DNA from: Candidatus Nanopelagicales bacterium
Lineage (GTDB): Bacteria; Actinomycetota; Actinomycetes; S36-B12; JBBRLC01
Direction: 5' to 3'
Length of the DNA stretch: 64,000 nt
Assembly (NCBI GenBank): GCA_038244765.1
Contig: JBBRTC010000005.1
Span: forward strand, 915-64,914
This document shows, piece after piece, positions 28,961-38,232 of this stretch (positions within the stretch are counted from its first letter, which is position 1; every line of letters starts with the position of its first letter). The notes beneath the pieces are model-generated. The model did no database searches and had not been told where the DNA came from. It saw only the letters and a list, made by a program, of their open reading frames with translations. Both the position numbers and the translations under genes were made by a program.

Positions 28961-30210
28961 CCCCGACGCACGTTGTTTTTGAACGGCTTTCTCGTCCTGA
29001 ACGACGTCACGTCATTTCGGCCCTCCGCGATGAAACGGTCGGAGGAGTTCTTCTTCTAGTTGCCGCCGCGCTGGCATTGATCGTCGCGAATTCGGCGCTG
29101 TACGACACCTACTTGCGGATCTCTAGCACCGAACTCGGTCCGGATGCCTTGCATCTACATCTGCCGGTCTCCGTCTGGGCTGCCGACGGTCTGCTCGCTG
29201 TCTTCTTTTTCGTCGCCGGACTTGAACTCAAACACGAACTAGTGCTGGGAACACTGTCGAAACCGGCTAAGGCTGCGGTGCCGATCGTGGCCGCGCTCGG
29301 GGGTATGGCGGTCCCCGCGGCTTTGTACGCATTGATCAATGCCGTGAATCAGCGAGGTGCCCCCGAAGGGTGGGGCATTCCGATGGCCACCGACATCGCC
29401 TTCGCATTGGCCGTTCTCGCCGTCGTCGGGAAGCGACTCCCAGTAGCACTGCGGGCGTTTCTCCTCACCCTTGCCGTTGTCGATGATCTCGGCGCCATCG
29501 CAGTCATCGCGATCTTCTACACCGATTCGCTGTCCTTTGGATACCTCGCTGTTGGTGTTGTCGGTCTACTCACGTACGCGATCCTCCAACGACGCCGCGT
29601 CCGTAGCCCATGGATCTACGTACCACTCGCGGCAATTGTCTGGTGGGCCGTGCACTCCAGCGGCATCCATGCCACGGTGGCCGGCGTCGCGTTCGGATTG
29701 CTCACGCGGGCCAAACCGGATCACGGCGAGGACCAACCGCCGACTGATCGCCTGGATCACTACATCCGCCCGTGGTCGGCCGGCGTTTGCGTCCCGATCT
29801 TCGCGTTCTTCGCCGCGGGCGTACACATCGGCGACGCATCGCTGGTGTCGGTACTCACCACTCCGGAAGCGATCGGCATTCTTATCGGCCTCGTCATCGG
29901 AAAACCGGTTGGCGTATTCGTCGGCGCCTGGCTCACCGCTCGATTCACTCACGCGGAACTCGATCCCACCTTGCAGTGGCGAGACATCTTCACCGTCGGG
30001 GTGTTGTCGGGCATGGGTTTCACTGTCGCGTTGTTTGTCTCCGGGCTCGCCTTCGGGGACAAGCCGGATCTCCTGGCTTCGGCCAAGCTCGCCGTCCTCG
30101 CGGCGTCGGTGATCGCCGCCGCGCTGTCCGCCGTCAGCATCAGAAGCCGCAATCGCTACTACGCGGAACTCGAAGCATCCGAACAGTTGGATTCCGACGA
30201 GCGAGACTGA
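28957..30210 (+). CDS. nhaA: Na+/H+ antiporter NhaA
   Basis: NhaA signature VVDDLGAIAVIAIFY and about 11-12 TM helices. The GTG start overlaps the acs stop (GTGA). Confidence 0.9.
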   Translation: MTPTHVVFERLSRPERRHVISALRDETVGGVLLLVAAALALIVANSALYDTYLRISSTELGPDALHLHLPVSVWAADGLLAVFFFVAGLELKHELVLGTLSKPAKAAVPIVAALGGMAVPAALYALINAVNQRGAPEGWGIPMATDIAFALAVLAVVGKRLPVALRAFLLTLAVVDDLGAIAVIAIFYTDSLSFGYLAVGVVGLLTYAILQRRRVRSPWIYVPLAAIVWWAVHSSGIHATVAGVAFGLLTRAKPDHGEDQPPTDRLDHYIRPWSAGVCVPIFAFFAAGVHIGDASLVSVLTTPEAIGILIGLVIGKPVGVFVGAWLTARFTHAELDPTLQWRDIFTVGVLSGMGFTVALFVSGLAFGDKPDLLASAKLAVLAASVIAAALSAVSIRSRNRYYAELEASEQLDSDERD

Positions 30211-30330
30211 CCAAACTCCTCTCGGCCGGACCGGGTAGAAGGACTACCCACATCCCCGGGATCTTGGGCGCAGGAGACGACTAGCCTGTCCACAACGCTG
30301 ACGAGACGACGCTCCACACGGAGGGCACAC

Positions 30331-30798
30331 ATGAGTACGCCGAACAAAGGCGCGAACCCGAGCCGACCGGACAAGAGCCTCGGCGAACTTTTCGCCGCGC
30401 TCCAAACCGACGTCAAAACACTCGTCACCGACCAGATCAGCCTCGCAAAAGCGGAACTGCGTGAGTCTGCGCGCAACGCTGGAGCTGCCGCTGCCCTCGT
30501 GGGAGCCGCCCTCTTCTTAGGCGTTCTCGCCCTGATCTTTTTGTTTGTCACACTCGCGTACGTGCTGGTCCAGCTCGGCCTCCCCGTCTGGGCCGGATTT
30601 GGGATCGTGACGCTGCTACTCCTTCTCGTGGCCGCGGTGCTCGGCCTTATCGCGCGCTCGCGCGGCAGCAAGGTGAAGTCTCCTGAACGGACTGCGCGCG
30701 CAATGTCGGCGCTTTCCACCATCCGCCCCACCCACGACTCCGATCCCGCTTCCACCGCGACAGGAGACGACGTCGCATCTGCCGAGCTCAGGGCGTGA
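30331..30798 (+). CDS. Phage-holin-family (Holin-X / holin superfamily III-like) membrane protein
   Basis: N-terminal amphipathic region, then two adjacent TM helices (AAAALVGAALFLGVLALIFLFV and VWAGFGIVTLLLLLVAAVLGLI). Same position as Rv3669 in the mycobacterial backbone. Confidence 0.65.
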   Translation: MSTPNKGANPSRPDKSLGELFAALQTDVKTLVTDQISLAKAELRESARNAGAAAALVGAALFLGVLALIFLFVTLAYVLVQLGLPVWAGFGIVTLLLLLVAAVLGLIARSRGSKVKSPERTARAMSALSTIRPTHDSDPASTATGDDVASAELRA

Positions 30799-30808
30799 CA
30801 AGCAAACC

Positions 30809-31750
30809 GTGACACTTCCCGATCCCGCTGAGGTCGTACGCCTCCACGGACCGTGGACTCATCGCGACGTACACGCCAACGGTGCGCGCTTCCATGTCGC
30901 CGAGATGGGCGCGGGTCCGCTCGTGTTGTTCTTGCATGGCTTTCCGATGTTTTGGTGGACCTGGCGACACCAACTCGAGGCGCTCGCAGCCGCGGGGTAC
31001 CGGGCGGTCGCCGTCGACCTACGCGGATACGCCGGAAGCGATCACACCCCCCACGGCTACGACCCCGTGACCGCGGCAAGTGACATGGCCGCGGTGATTC
31101 GATCGCTGGGGGAACCCGATGCAGTCGTCGTCGGTCACGGTTGGGGCGGGCTCATTGCCTGGTCGATGGGTGTCCTCGAACCCCACGTGGTCCGCGGCCT
31201 CGTGCCGGTCTCCATGCCGCACCCGCGTCGACTCCGCAAAGCGATCTTGACCAACCCACGTCAACTGCGCCGAGCGCTGTATGCCTTGAATTTCCAGCCG
31301 CCGTTTGCTCCAGAACGTTCGCTGGAGCGCCATGACGCCGCCCGGATCGAGAGGATCTTGCGCAAGCGATCTGCTCTTGGCGCGACGTGGCTTGATTCCG
31401 AAACCACGGAGAATTTTCGCTCGGCGATGACCATCCCGCACTCTGCTCACTGCGCGATCGAGTATCACCGTTGGGCGATTCGATCGATTCCGCGCCCCGA
31501 TGGCATCCGGTTCCAACGCGCCATGCGTTCGGCGATTGCCGTACCTGTCTTGCATGTCCATGGCGAAAATGATCCGTCGATTCTTGCCGCGTCCAGCAGA
31601 GGATCGAGCGAATTCGTGACCGGTCCTTACACGCACCACATCGCCCCCGGAGTCGGCCACTACCCACACGAAGAGGCACCCGGGGCGTTCTCGCTGCTCC
31701 TCCTCGGGTGGCTCGATGCGATGTCGACCGCGTCCGAGGATGTCCACTGA
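30809..31750 (+). CDS. Alpha/beta-fold hydrolase, epoxide-hydrolase-like (EphE position)
   Basis: HGFPMFWWTWRHQ oxyanion/HGxP region. The nucleophile elbow reads GHGWGG rather than GHDWG. GTG start. Confidence 0.8.
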   Translation: MTLPDPAEVVRLHGPWTHRDVHANGARFHVAEMGAGPLVLFLHGFPMFWWTWRHQLEALAAAGYRAVAVDLRGYAGSDHTPHGYDPVTAASDMAAVIRSLGEPDAVVVGHGWGGLIAWSMGVLEPHVVRGLVPVSMPHPRRLRKAILTNPRQLRRALYALNFQPPFAPERSLERHDAARIERILRKRSALGATWLDSETTENFRSAMTIPHSAHCAIEYHRWAIRSIPRPDGIRFQRAMRSAIAVPVLHVHGENDPSILAASSRGSSEFVTGPYTHHIAPGVGHYPHEEAPGAFSLLLLGWLDAMSTASEDVH

Positions 31751-32244
31751 GTACGCCGCCACGTCCGCGTGATCGGCTGGGTCGTCCATTGCCGCACGAC
31801 GCAGACCCTGCCAACGTGGCACCCGTCGTTCCTGAGCTCCCGATGATCGGGGCGGCCGAGACGATCGACTTGGCCGAGAGCTATCTACGCGACGGTTTGC
31901 CGTTTCACGCACATGAAGTCTTCGAGGCCCGCTGGCGTTGCTGCCCCGTCGACGAACGTCCACTCTGGCGCGCGCTGGCACAACTTGCAGCGGGGCTCAC
32001 CCATCATGCGCGCGGGAACAACATCGGGGCGGACGCCTTGCTACGGCGTGCAATCGAGGGACTCGAGGCGTACGCCGACTCGCAAGCCGGTGACTCCCAA
32101 GACGCCGCTCCCGTCACCGATGCGCGCGGGAGCGTTCTCGACTTTGACGAACTCGTCACACGAATTCGGGTCGCCCTCGCCGACGACGACATCGACGCGC
32201 TCACGCACGACCTCATCGCCTTGCCACGAGCCCTCGGCCGATGA
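31708..32244 (+). CDS. DUF309 domain protein
   Basis: N-terminal PRPRDRLGRPLP and the core LPFHAHEVFEARWR are typical of DUF309. Overlaps the preceding gene by 43 nt. Confidence 0.7.
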   Translation: MARCDVDRVRGCPLSTPPRPRDRLGRPLPHDADPANVAPVVPELPMIGAAETIDLAESYLRDGLPFHAHEVFEARWRCCPVDERPLWRALAQLAAGLTHHARGNNIGADALLRRAIEGLEAYADSQAGDSQDAAPVTDARGSVLDFDELVTRIRVALADDDIDALTHDLIALPRALGR

Positions 32245-32307
32245 TTTCCATCACTCGACCAGTTCGAATCGGCCAGGCGTCTCGCGTGCACTGCGCCTCG
32301 CGATTAG

Positions 32308-32964
32308 CTAGCTCCAAGCGCCGTCGGGCAGCGTCAACGTCCGCTCGTTATCCCACGGCTTCTCCCAACCCGCGAGCGCGATCACTCGGGCAAGCAGTCC
32401 ACCGGTGAATCCCCAGACAATCAAGTCTTCGACTTCAAAGGCCGGCCCGACGTAACCCGACGGATGCCGCACGCTGCCGCGGTTGTTCGGATCAGTCAGG
32501 GCGTCGATCGCTACCCGGTGCACAGAGGCAACTTCGCGGGCGTCGACCGCGCGCACATCCACCGGCGAATGCCACCACCCAAGAACCGGAGTGACCACGA
32601 AGCCCGAGGGGGGCAAGAACAACGCGGGTAGTGATCCGAATACGTGCACACCACTTGGGTCGAGACCGGTTTCCTCCCGGGCTTCACGTAGTGCGGCGGC
32701 AACGGGTCCGGCGTCGTCAGGGTCCACTGCGCCGCCAGGAAACGCTGGCTGGCCGGCGTGCGATCGCATGTCGTGAGCGCGTTCAATCAACAGGATGTCT
32801 GGGCCGCGTGTGGTCTCGCCGAACAACATGAGTACGGCGGATTCGCGGCCTCCCTCTGCGGGTGGGAGAAACCGCGAGAGTTGTTCTGGCGCAACCTCTT
32901 GACCCACCCGTCGTACAGGTTCAAGCCAGGATGGAAGATCCCGCGGCTCGACGTCGACGATCAC
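32308..32964 (-). CDS. NUDIX hydrolase (CoA pyrophosphatase-like)
   Basis: Nudix box GGAVDPDDAGPVAAALREAREETGL. The GTG start overlaps the tlpA-like stop (GTGA). Confidence 0.85.
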   Translation of the reverse strand: MIVDVEPRDLPSWLEPVRRVGQEVAPEQLSRFLPPAEGGRESAVLMLFGETTRGPDILLIERAHDMRSHAGQPAFPGGAVDPDDAGPVAAALREAREETGLDPSGVHVFGSLPALFLPPSGFVVTPVLGWWHSPVDVRAVDAREVASVHRVAIDALTDPNNRGSVRHPSGYVGPAFEVEDLIVWGFTGGLLARVIALAGWEKPWDNERTLTLPDGAWS

Positions 32965-33557
32965 AGCGATACACCGAGGTGCTCGCGGATCAATCCGCGC
33001 AACTGTTCCTCAGACGTGATCGGAGCCCTCCATTCGTACGCCACGGAACCGTCCGCGCGCACAAACAGCGTGAGCGGCAATCCCACGATTCGGATGCCAG
33101 ACTTCAACGCTCCGTCATCGTCACGAACGGAGGGATAGTGCGCGTCGGCGACCGCGAGAAAGTCCAAGGCCGAATCGGGATCGTCTTCGTAGTCGACTCC
33201 AAGGAAGCGGACCTTGGCTCCAGCCTTTTCCGACACACTTGCCAGTGCTGGCAACTCCTTGCGGCACGGAGTGCACCAGGAGCCCCAGACATTAACCACG
33301 GTCGGAACGCCCGTGAGTCGCTCCAGGTTCACTGCGGGGCCACTGCCCAGACAGGCCAAGGTCAGATCGGGAAGGGCGGGCGCCGCGGCCGGGCTGGTGG
33401 ACTCGGGACAGGGCGCCAGCTTCGCGGCGGCAACCAAATCGGCGGAGGCAACTTGCGGTGATGAAACTCCCGCAGCGTCATCGGGCGACACTTGTATGCA
33501 TCCGGCAAGCGCGACCGCGCACGATGCCGCAATCGCCGCACTCAATAACTTCTTCAC
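32961..33557 (-). CDS. TlpA-family thiol-disulfide oxidoreductase lipoprotein
   Basis: Redox motif WCTPC. From the GTG at 33557 the signal peptide reads VKKLLSAAIAASCAVALAGC with lipobox LAGC (the maximal ORF runs to 33587). Confidence 0.85.
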   Translation of the reverse strand: MKKLLSAAIAASCAVALAGCIQVSPDDAAGVSSPQVASADLVAAAKLAPCPESTSPAAAPALPDLTLACLGSGPAVNLERLTGVPTVVNVWGSWCTPCRKELPALASVSEKAGAKVRFLGVDYEDDPDSALDFLAVADAHYPSVRDDDGALKSGIRIVGLPLTLFVRADGSVAYEWRAPITSEEQLRGLIREHLGVSL

Positions 33558-33574
33558 GACAACTTCTTCACGAC
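33547..33574. repeat. Perfect tandem duplication (2 x 14 nt, AACTTCTTCACGAC) at the nth / tlpA-like junction
   Basis: Read directly from the sequence. Each copy carries a GTGA stop/start overlap on the minus strand. Confidence 0.95.
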
Positions 33575-34413
33575 GATAAGTCCTCAAAGGTCTTCACCAA
33601 TCGCGCGGCTTCTACGGGATCGGTGGGCCCTTCGCCGTACGCGGGACACAATCGCGCAATCGGGCATACCCCGCAGGCCGGTCGCCGCGCGCTACACAAC
33701 CGCCGCCCATGAAAGATCGCTCGATGAGAGAGCAACGTCCATTCCTTGCGCGGAAACAGTTCCATCAGGTCGTACTCAACTTTGACCGGATCCGTCTCGC
33801 TCGTCCACCCAAACCTGCGCGACAGCCTGCCCAGGTGCGTGTCCACAGTGAAGCCGGGTACGTCAAAAGCATTGCCAAGAACCACGTTGGCGGTCTTGCG
33901 ACCGACCCCCGGCAGCGTGACGAGGTCTCTCAACTTGCGCGGAACCTCCCCGCGGTAGCGATCGCAAAGAGCCTGGCCCAGACCGATCAGTGAATTCGCT
34001 TTGGCTCGAAAGAATCCGGTCGATTGAATGAGCGCCTCGAGTTCAGCGCGATCGGCACCGGCGTAGGCGGCTGCATCCGGGTACTGGGCAAACAGGGCGG
34101 GGGTCACCAGATTGACCCGCTTATCGGTGCACTGAGCGGACAAGATTGTGGCCACCAACAGTTCGAGCGGATTGGTGAAGTCGAGTTCGCAATGGGCATC
34201 GGGGTAGAGCGCGGCGAGCTCGCGATTGATACGGCGCGCGCGACGAACCAGGGCGATGCGCGACTCACCCGTGGGCGTCGGCTTTTCACTCGCGATCTCG
34301 CGCGACGACGCTCCCACAGACACGACCTGAGAGTACGTCGTTGTGAGGACCGCAGAGACGTCACCCGTTCGGCTCAAGGTTTGACCAAATCGGCCGATAA
34401 CCCCCAGGGTCAT
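33568..34413 (-). CDS. nth: Endonuclease III
   Basis: HhH motif [13 protein letters not shown] and the Fe-S loop [17 protein letters not shown]. Start uncertain: ATG at 34413 chosen, and the maximal ORF runs to 34596. Confidence 0.9.
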   Translation of the reverse strand: MTLGVIGRFGQTLSRTGDVSAVLTTTYSQVVSVGASSREIASEKPTPTGESRIALVRRARRINRELAALYPDAHCELDFTNPLELLVATILSAQCTDKRVNLVTPALFAQYPDAAAYAGADRAELEALIQSTGFFRAKANSLIGLGQALCDRYRGEVPRKLRDLVTLPGVGRKTANVVLGNAFDVPGFTVDTHLGRLSRRFGWTSETDPVKVEYDLMELFPRKEWTLLSHRAIFHGRRLCSARRPACGVCPIARLCPAYGEGPTDPVEAARLVKTFEDLSS

Positions 34414-34455
34414 CCAGTTGTTCGATCTGGCCCGTGAGATGAGGAGACGATCACC

Positions 34456-35049
34456 ATGACAGCCACGCTGGCCGACACGGCGACCGACGCCGAAACGGAG
34501 GCAGGGATAGCCGACTCCGCTGCCGAGCGCCGCAAGGCTCGAAAAGCTGCTCGCGCCGCCGTACCGCCTCCGGAGCGCGACGCGGCGTACGACCACCTGT
34601 CTCTGGATGACCTTCGGTCCATGAAGGCCGAACTACAGGCCGAAGAGACTCGCGTGTCTTATTGGCGCCGAATTGTGCAAGCGCGCCTCGACCTCATCGG
34701 GTCGCAGGGCCGCGATGGTGAACCAGTCGCGAAACTTCGCGAGGTCCTCGCCGATGCCGCCGGATCGCACCGTCGAATCGCCCACCTTTCAGTCGATCAG
34801 GTTGACGACGTACCCCCCTTGCCCGACCTCAGCGAGTTGTGGGCTCGACAAATCGACCCGTCAAACAAGACCAAATTAGCCAAACTCACCAAAGATCTCA
34901 CGGCAGCCGAACAAGAACTCTCGGTCCTGCGAAACGAACTCTTCCGGCTCATCGATGGGGTCACCCACGAGCTGATTGCCCGCTACCGGGAGGACCCGGG
35001 CCTGGCGTTGGCTATCCTTCCCGGCGACCCCATGCGGCTTCGCCCCTAG
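34456..35049 (+). CDS. RsiG-like protein (candidate c-di-GMP-binding anti-sigma factor)
   Basis: 197 aa, predicted helical. Residues 64-79 [17 protein letters not shown] match E-x3-S-x2-R-x3-Q-x3-D exactly. A second, degenerate copy [14 protein letters not shown] spans residues 152-167 (Q replaced by F). Confidence 0.6.
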   Translation: MTATLADTATDAETEAGIADSAAERRKARKAARAAVPPPERDAAYDHLSLDDLRSMKAELQAEETRVSYWRRIVQARLDLIGSQGRDGEPVAKLREVLADAAGSHRRIAHLSVDQVDDVPPLPDLSELWARQIDPSNKTKLAKLTKDLTAAEQELSVLRNELFRLIDGVTHELIARYREDPGLALAILPGDPMRLRP

Positions 35050-35142
35050 CCGCTTCGCGTAGCCGCGGCGGCCTTACCGCTGCGCTCGGAGCCTGGGTGC
35101 GAGAGACTGTCGGGCAACCCGAAAGCCTGCGGAAGGACCAAG

Positions 35143-35817
35143 GTGGACGACACCCTGATGGGGGCACCGCTATTCGCGGCGCTCGACGCCGATGCCGCGG
35201 AGGCGCTTCACTCGTCCATGGACGAGGTGACGCTAGAAAGAGGCGACGTGATCTTCGCCGAAGGCGAGCCCGGCGATCGGCTCTACGTCGTCATCGATGG
35301 CAAGGTCAAACTTGGTCACGCCTCAGGGGACGGGCGGGAGTCTCTGCTTGCCGTCCTCGGCCCGGGCGAAATGTTTGGCGAACTGTCGCTTTTCGACCCA
35401 GGTGCTCGTACGGCGACCGCAACCGCGCTCACCGAGGCGACGGTCGCGGGGTTGGGCCGCCCGGCTCTGAGGCCTTGGCTCACCGGCCGGCCAGAAGTTG
35501 CCGAGACTCTGCTCACGGCGCTGGCCCAGCGGCTTCGGCGTACCAACGACGCCATGGCTGATCTCGTGTTCACCGACGTACCTGGTCGGGTGGCCAAGGC
35601 GTTGCTCGACCTGGGTGAGAAGTTCGGCGAGTCCTCGCCGGAAGGCCTGGCGGTCACTCATGACTTGACTCAAGAGGAACTCGCACAACTCGTGGGCGCA
35701 TCTCGGGAAACCGTCAACAAAGCCCTGGCCGATTTTGCCTCGCGTGGGTGGCTCCAACTCGAGTCGCGCTCGGTCGTACTCCTTGACGTCGAACGCCTCC
35801 GCCGCCGCGCTGGCTAA
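35143..35817 (+). CDS. crp: cAMP receptor protein (Crp/Fnr family, Rv3676/GlxR-like)
   Basis: Resembles mycobacterial CRP as recalled: FAEGEPGDRLY, MFGELS.FDPG.RT, TDVPGRVAK, THDLTQEE.AQLVGASRETVNKALADFA.RGW. GTG start giving VDD. Confidence 0.95.
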   Translation: MDDTLMGAPLFAALDADAAEALHSSMDEVTLERGDVIFAEGEPGDRLYVVIDGKVKLGHASGDGRESLLAVLGPGEMFGELSLFDPGARTATATALTEATVAGLGRPALRPWLTGRPEVAETLLTALAQRLRRTNDAMADLVFTDVPGRVAKALLDLGEKFGESSPEGLAVTHDLTQEELAQLVGASRETVNKALADFASRGWLQLESRSVVLLDVERLRRRAG

Positions 35818-35910
35818 CCCTCCCCGAACCTTTACCCCGTTGCGCCGTGTCCGGGGTTACGCCCTCTTGTGGGCTTGTTCTGGGACTTGCATCCAGACTC
35901 AGCGGAGGGG

Positions 35911-36777
35911 CTAGGACTCGGCGTTGAGGTACTCGAGTTGGGCGGCCACGCTCAACTCGGCCGCTGGCCACAGTTCTCGAGGGACGTCGGCGTAGACCAT
36001 CGCAACGATGTCCTTGATCAGCCCATCGCTGATCAGCCCTCCTGTGGTCGGCTCGCCTTCACTCGACCCAAGCTCGCTGGCCGAGACCGGTTTCGCGATC
36101 CCTTCGAGGGCGCGACGTACTTGGTCGAGTCGCTCGTAGCGATGCTGCATGTAGTACGCGACGGCGTCAGCCGGTGAAGACACCACCGGCCCGTGACCGG
36201 GAAGTACGACGTCAATCGGGGACTCGTCGATGAGGCGCTGCAACGTCCGAAGGGACGACAAGTAGTCGACCAGCCGACCATCGGGGTGGGCGACCATGGT
36301 GGTGCCCCGCCCCAAGACCGTGTCACCAGTGAGCAGTGCGGAATCCGCGGCAAGAAGAAACGACATCGAGTCCCCCGAGTGACCTGGGGTAGCCACCGCC
36401 GCGATCTGCAATCCGCCGACTTCGATCACATCCCCATCGACGACCCCCTCGGATCCGAGGACGTGGCGCGGATCGCACGCGCGTACGGCTGACCCGGTCG
36501 CCGCCGCGAACGCCCGCGCACCTCCGGCGTGATCGGAATGTCCGTGTGTGAGCAAGGTAAGTCCGACAACCGCCTCAACTTCTTCGACCGCGCGCTGCAC
36601 TGCCGCCAAATGACGCGGATCATCCGGCCCCGGATCAATCACCACCGCGTGTCGCGCACCAGGTTCTAACAAGATCCACGTGTTGGTTCCTTCCAACGTC
36701 ATCGGACTCGCGTTCGGCGCGAGAATGCAGACCGCGCGTGTGGTGCCCACGCCGCCGATCCACGGCACTGCCGTCAT
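35911..36777 (-). CDS. MBL-fold metallo-hydrolase (Rv3677c-like)
   Basis: Metal-binding motif THGHSDHAGG. ATGA overlap with the upstream Nudix gene. Confidence 0.85.
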   Translation of the reverse strand: MTAVPWIGGVGTTRAVCILAPNASPMTLEGTNTWILLEPGARHAVVIDPGPDDPRHLAAVQRAVEEVEAVVGLTLLTHGHSDHAGGARAFAAATGSAVRACDPRHVLGSEGVVDGDVIEVGGLQIAAVATPGHSGDSMSFLLAADSALLTGDTVLGRGTTMVAHPDGRLVDYLSSLRTLQRLIDESPIDVVLPGHGPVVSSPADAVAYYMQHRYERLDQVRRALEGIAKPVSASELGSSEGEPTTGGLISDGLIKDIVAMVYADVPRELWPAAELSVAAQLEYLNAES

Positions 36778-37532
36778 GGGGGCGGTCCCAACCCGCGGAC
36801 TTCAGACCCGCCGGGTTCGCCGTGATTCGGATCGATCACGCTCCCGTCGTTGGCATCACAGAGCCGCCAGACGATTCCCCCATTGCGGGCGGCGAATGGT
36901 CGCGGAATCAGCGGGCGGATCTCGCGTCGAGCCGCAGCGGCGAGCGCCTCGTCTACCCGTACGAATGTGAGGAGATCGCGCAAGGTGGCCGATGTCGGCG
37001 GCAACATCGGCATGCGTCCGCTGGCGTGTTCGGCGAGAACGGCACTTGGGGTTGCCCATGCACTCGCGTTGCTCTCATCGGTCAACGATTGAGCTCGCTG
37101 ACCGGCCGGAAGTTTCGCAGCAAAGAAACGGGTATCAAATCGCCGCGATTCGATTTCCGGTGTGACCCAGTGGGTCCACGGCACAAGGGTCGTGGCATCT
37201 AGTTTTACGCCGCACTCTTCGTATGTCTCTCTGATGGCTGCGACGACAAGCGACGAACCAAAAGCACTCGGGTGGGCCACGTCGAGCGATTCTCTTTCGT
37301 CAGCCACGTCGACCGCCCCACCCGGGAAGACGTACATCCCAGGCGCAAATGCCATCGTCATCGGGCGTCGCATGAGGAATACCTCGAGTCCCTCATCACC
37401 ATCACGCAGCAGAACGACAGTCGCCGCGTCACGAGGCGGCGGAACAACCCACGGAGTTCCGATTCCATAGACAAGTGCGTGGGCGCGGGCTCGAAGTGAG
37501 TCGGGCAGCTCCAACTCAGGCTCCACAATCAA
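36774..37532 (-). CDS. NUDIX hydrolase
   Basis: Nudix box GGAVDVADERES...AAIRETYEECGV. Confidence 0.8.
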   Translation of the reverse strand: MIVEPELELPDSLRARAHALVYGIGTPWVVPPPRDAATVVLLRDGDEGLEVFLMRRPMTMAFAPGMYVFPGGAVDVADERESLDVAHPSAFGSSLVVAAIRETYEECGVKLDATTLVPWTHWVTPEIESRRFDTRFFAAKLPAGQRAQSLTDESNASAWATPSAVLAEHASGRMPMLPPTSATLRDLLTFVRVDEALAAAARREIRPLIPRPFAARNGGIVWRLCDANDGSVIDPNHGEPGGSEVRGLGPPP

Positions 37533-37553
37533 TCCCTGCTCCGGGCCATAGCC

Positions 37554-38018
37554 CTAGTCGCGCACCTCGACGATGACTTCGACTTCCACCGGAGCATCGA
37601 GTGGGAGTACGGCCACTCCAACGGCTGAACGGGCATGCACACCCGCGTCGCCAAAGGCCGTACCGAACAACTCGCTAGCTCCATTGATCACACCGGGCTG
37701 GCCGCTAAAATTCGGCGCACTCGCCACGAACCCAACGACCTTCACCACGCGCACAACTCTGTCGAGATCGCCAACGACACTCTTGATCGCCGCGATGGCA
37801 TTAAGCGCGCACGTTGTCGCAAGTTGCTTGGCCTGCTCGGGGTTGATGTCGATGCCTACTTTGCCCACGCCGGCGAGAGAGCCAGCGACCATCGGCAACT
37901 GTCCGCTGGTGTAGACGTAGTCCCCACTACGTACAGCCGGAACGTATGTCGCGACGGGCGGCACTAGGTCGGGAACGGTCAGCCCAATGGCGGCGAGCCG
38001 CGCTTCAACAGCACTCAC
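37554..38018 (-). CDS. RidA/YjgF-family protein (Rv3678c-like)
   Basis: RidA-like core YVYTSGQLP...GVHARSAVGVAVLPLDAPVEVE. GTG at 38018 preceded by GGAGGGAG (the maximal ORF to 38177 is an unlikely extension). Confidence 0.82.
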   Translation of the reverse strand: MSAVEARLAAIGLTVPDLVPPVATYVPAVRSGDYVYTSGQLPMVAGSLAGVGKVGIDINPEQAKQLATTCALNAIAAIKSVVGDLDRVVRVVKVVGFVASAPNFSGQPGVINGASELFGTAFGDAGVHARSAVGVAVLPLDAPVEVEVIVEVRD

Positions 38019-38029
38019 GACTCTCCCTC

Positions 38030-38197
38030 CTAGGACTTCGGTCGCTTGAAGTACGCCACCATGTTTTCGGGATTCAGTCCCGGTATCACCGCGACCAACT
38101 CCCAGCCATCGAGGCCGAAGTTGTCGAGGATCGCCTTGGTGTTGTGAATGAGCAGCGGTGCCGTGAGGTACTCCCACTGCGTCTTCTCTTGAGTCAT
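38030..38197 (-). CDS. DUF4177-like small protein (Rv3678A-like), 55 aa
   Basis: My own translation: MTQEKTQWEYLTAPLLIHNTKAILDNFGLDGWELVAVIPGLNPENMVAYFKRPKS. Below the 60-aa floor of the ORF track. Its stop lies 11 nt upstream of the RidA start. Confidence 0.7.
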   Translation of the reverse strand: MTQEKTQWEYLTAPLLIHNTKAILDNFGLDGWELVAVIPGLNPENMVAYFKRPKS

Positions 38198-38232
38198 GTC
38201 GCGACCCTAGTGGATCGGATTAGGCTCATCAG

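Noticed and set aside
30159-31981. Long minus-strand ORFs 30159..31079 (306 aa) and 31019..31981 (320 aa)
   Set aside because: They are antisense to the holin-like, alpha/beta hydrolase and DUF309 genes. The translations are extremely Arg/Ser/Pro-rich with no motifs.
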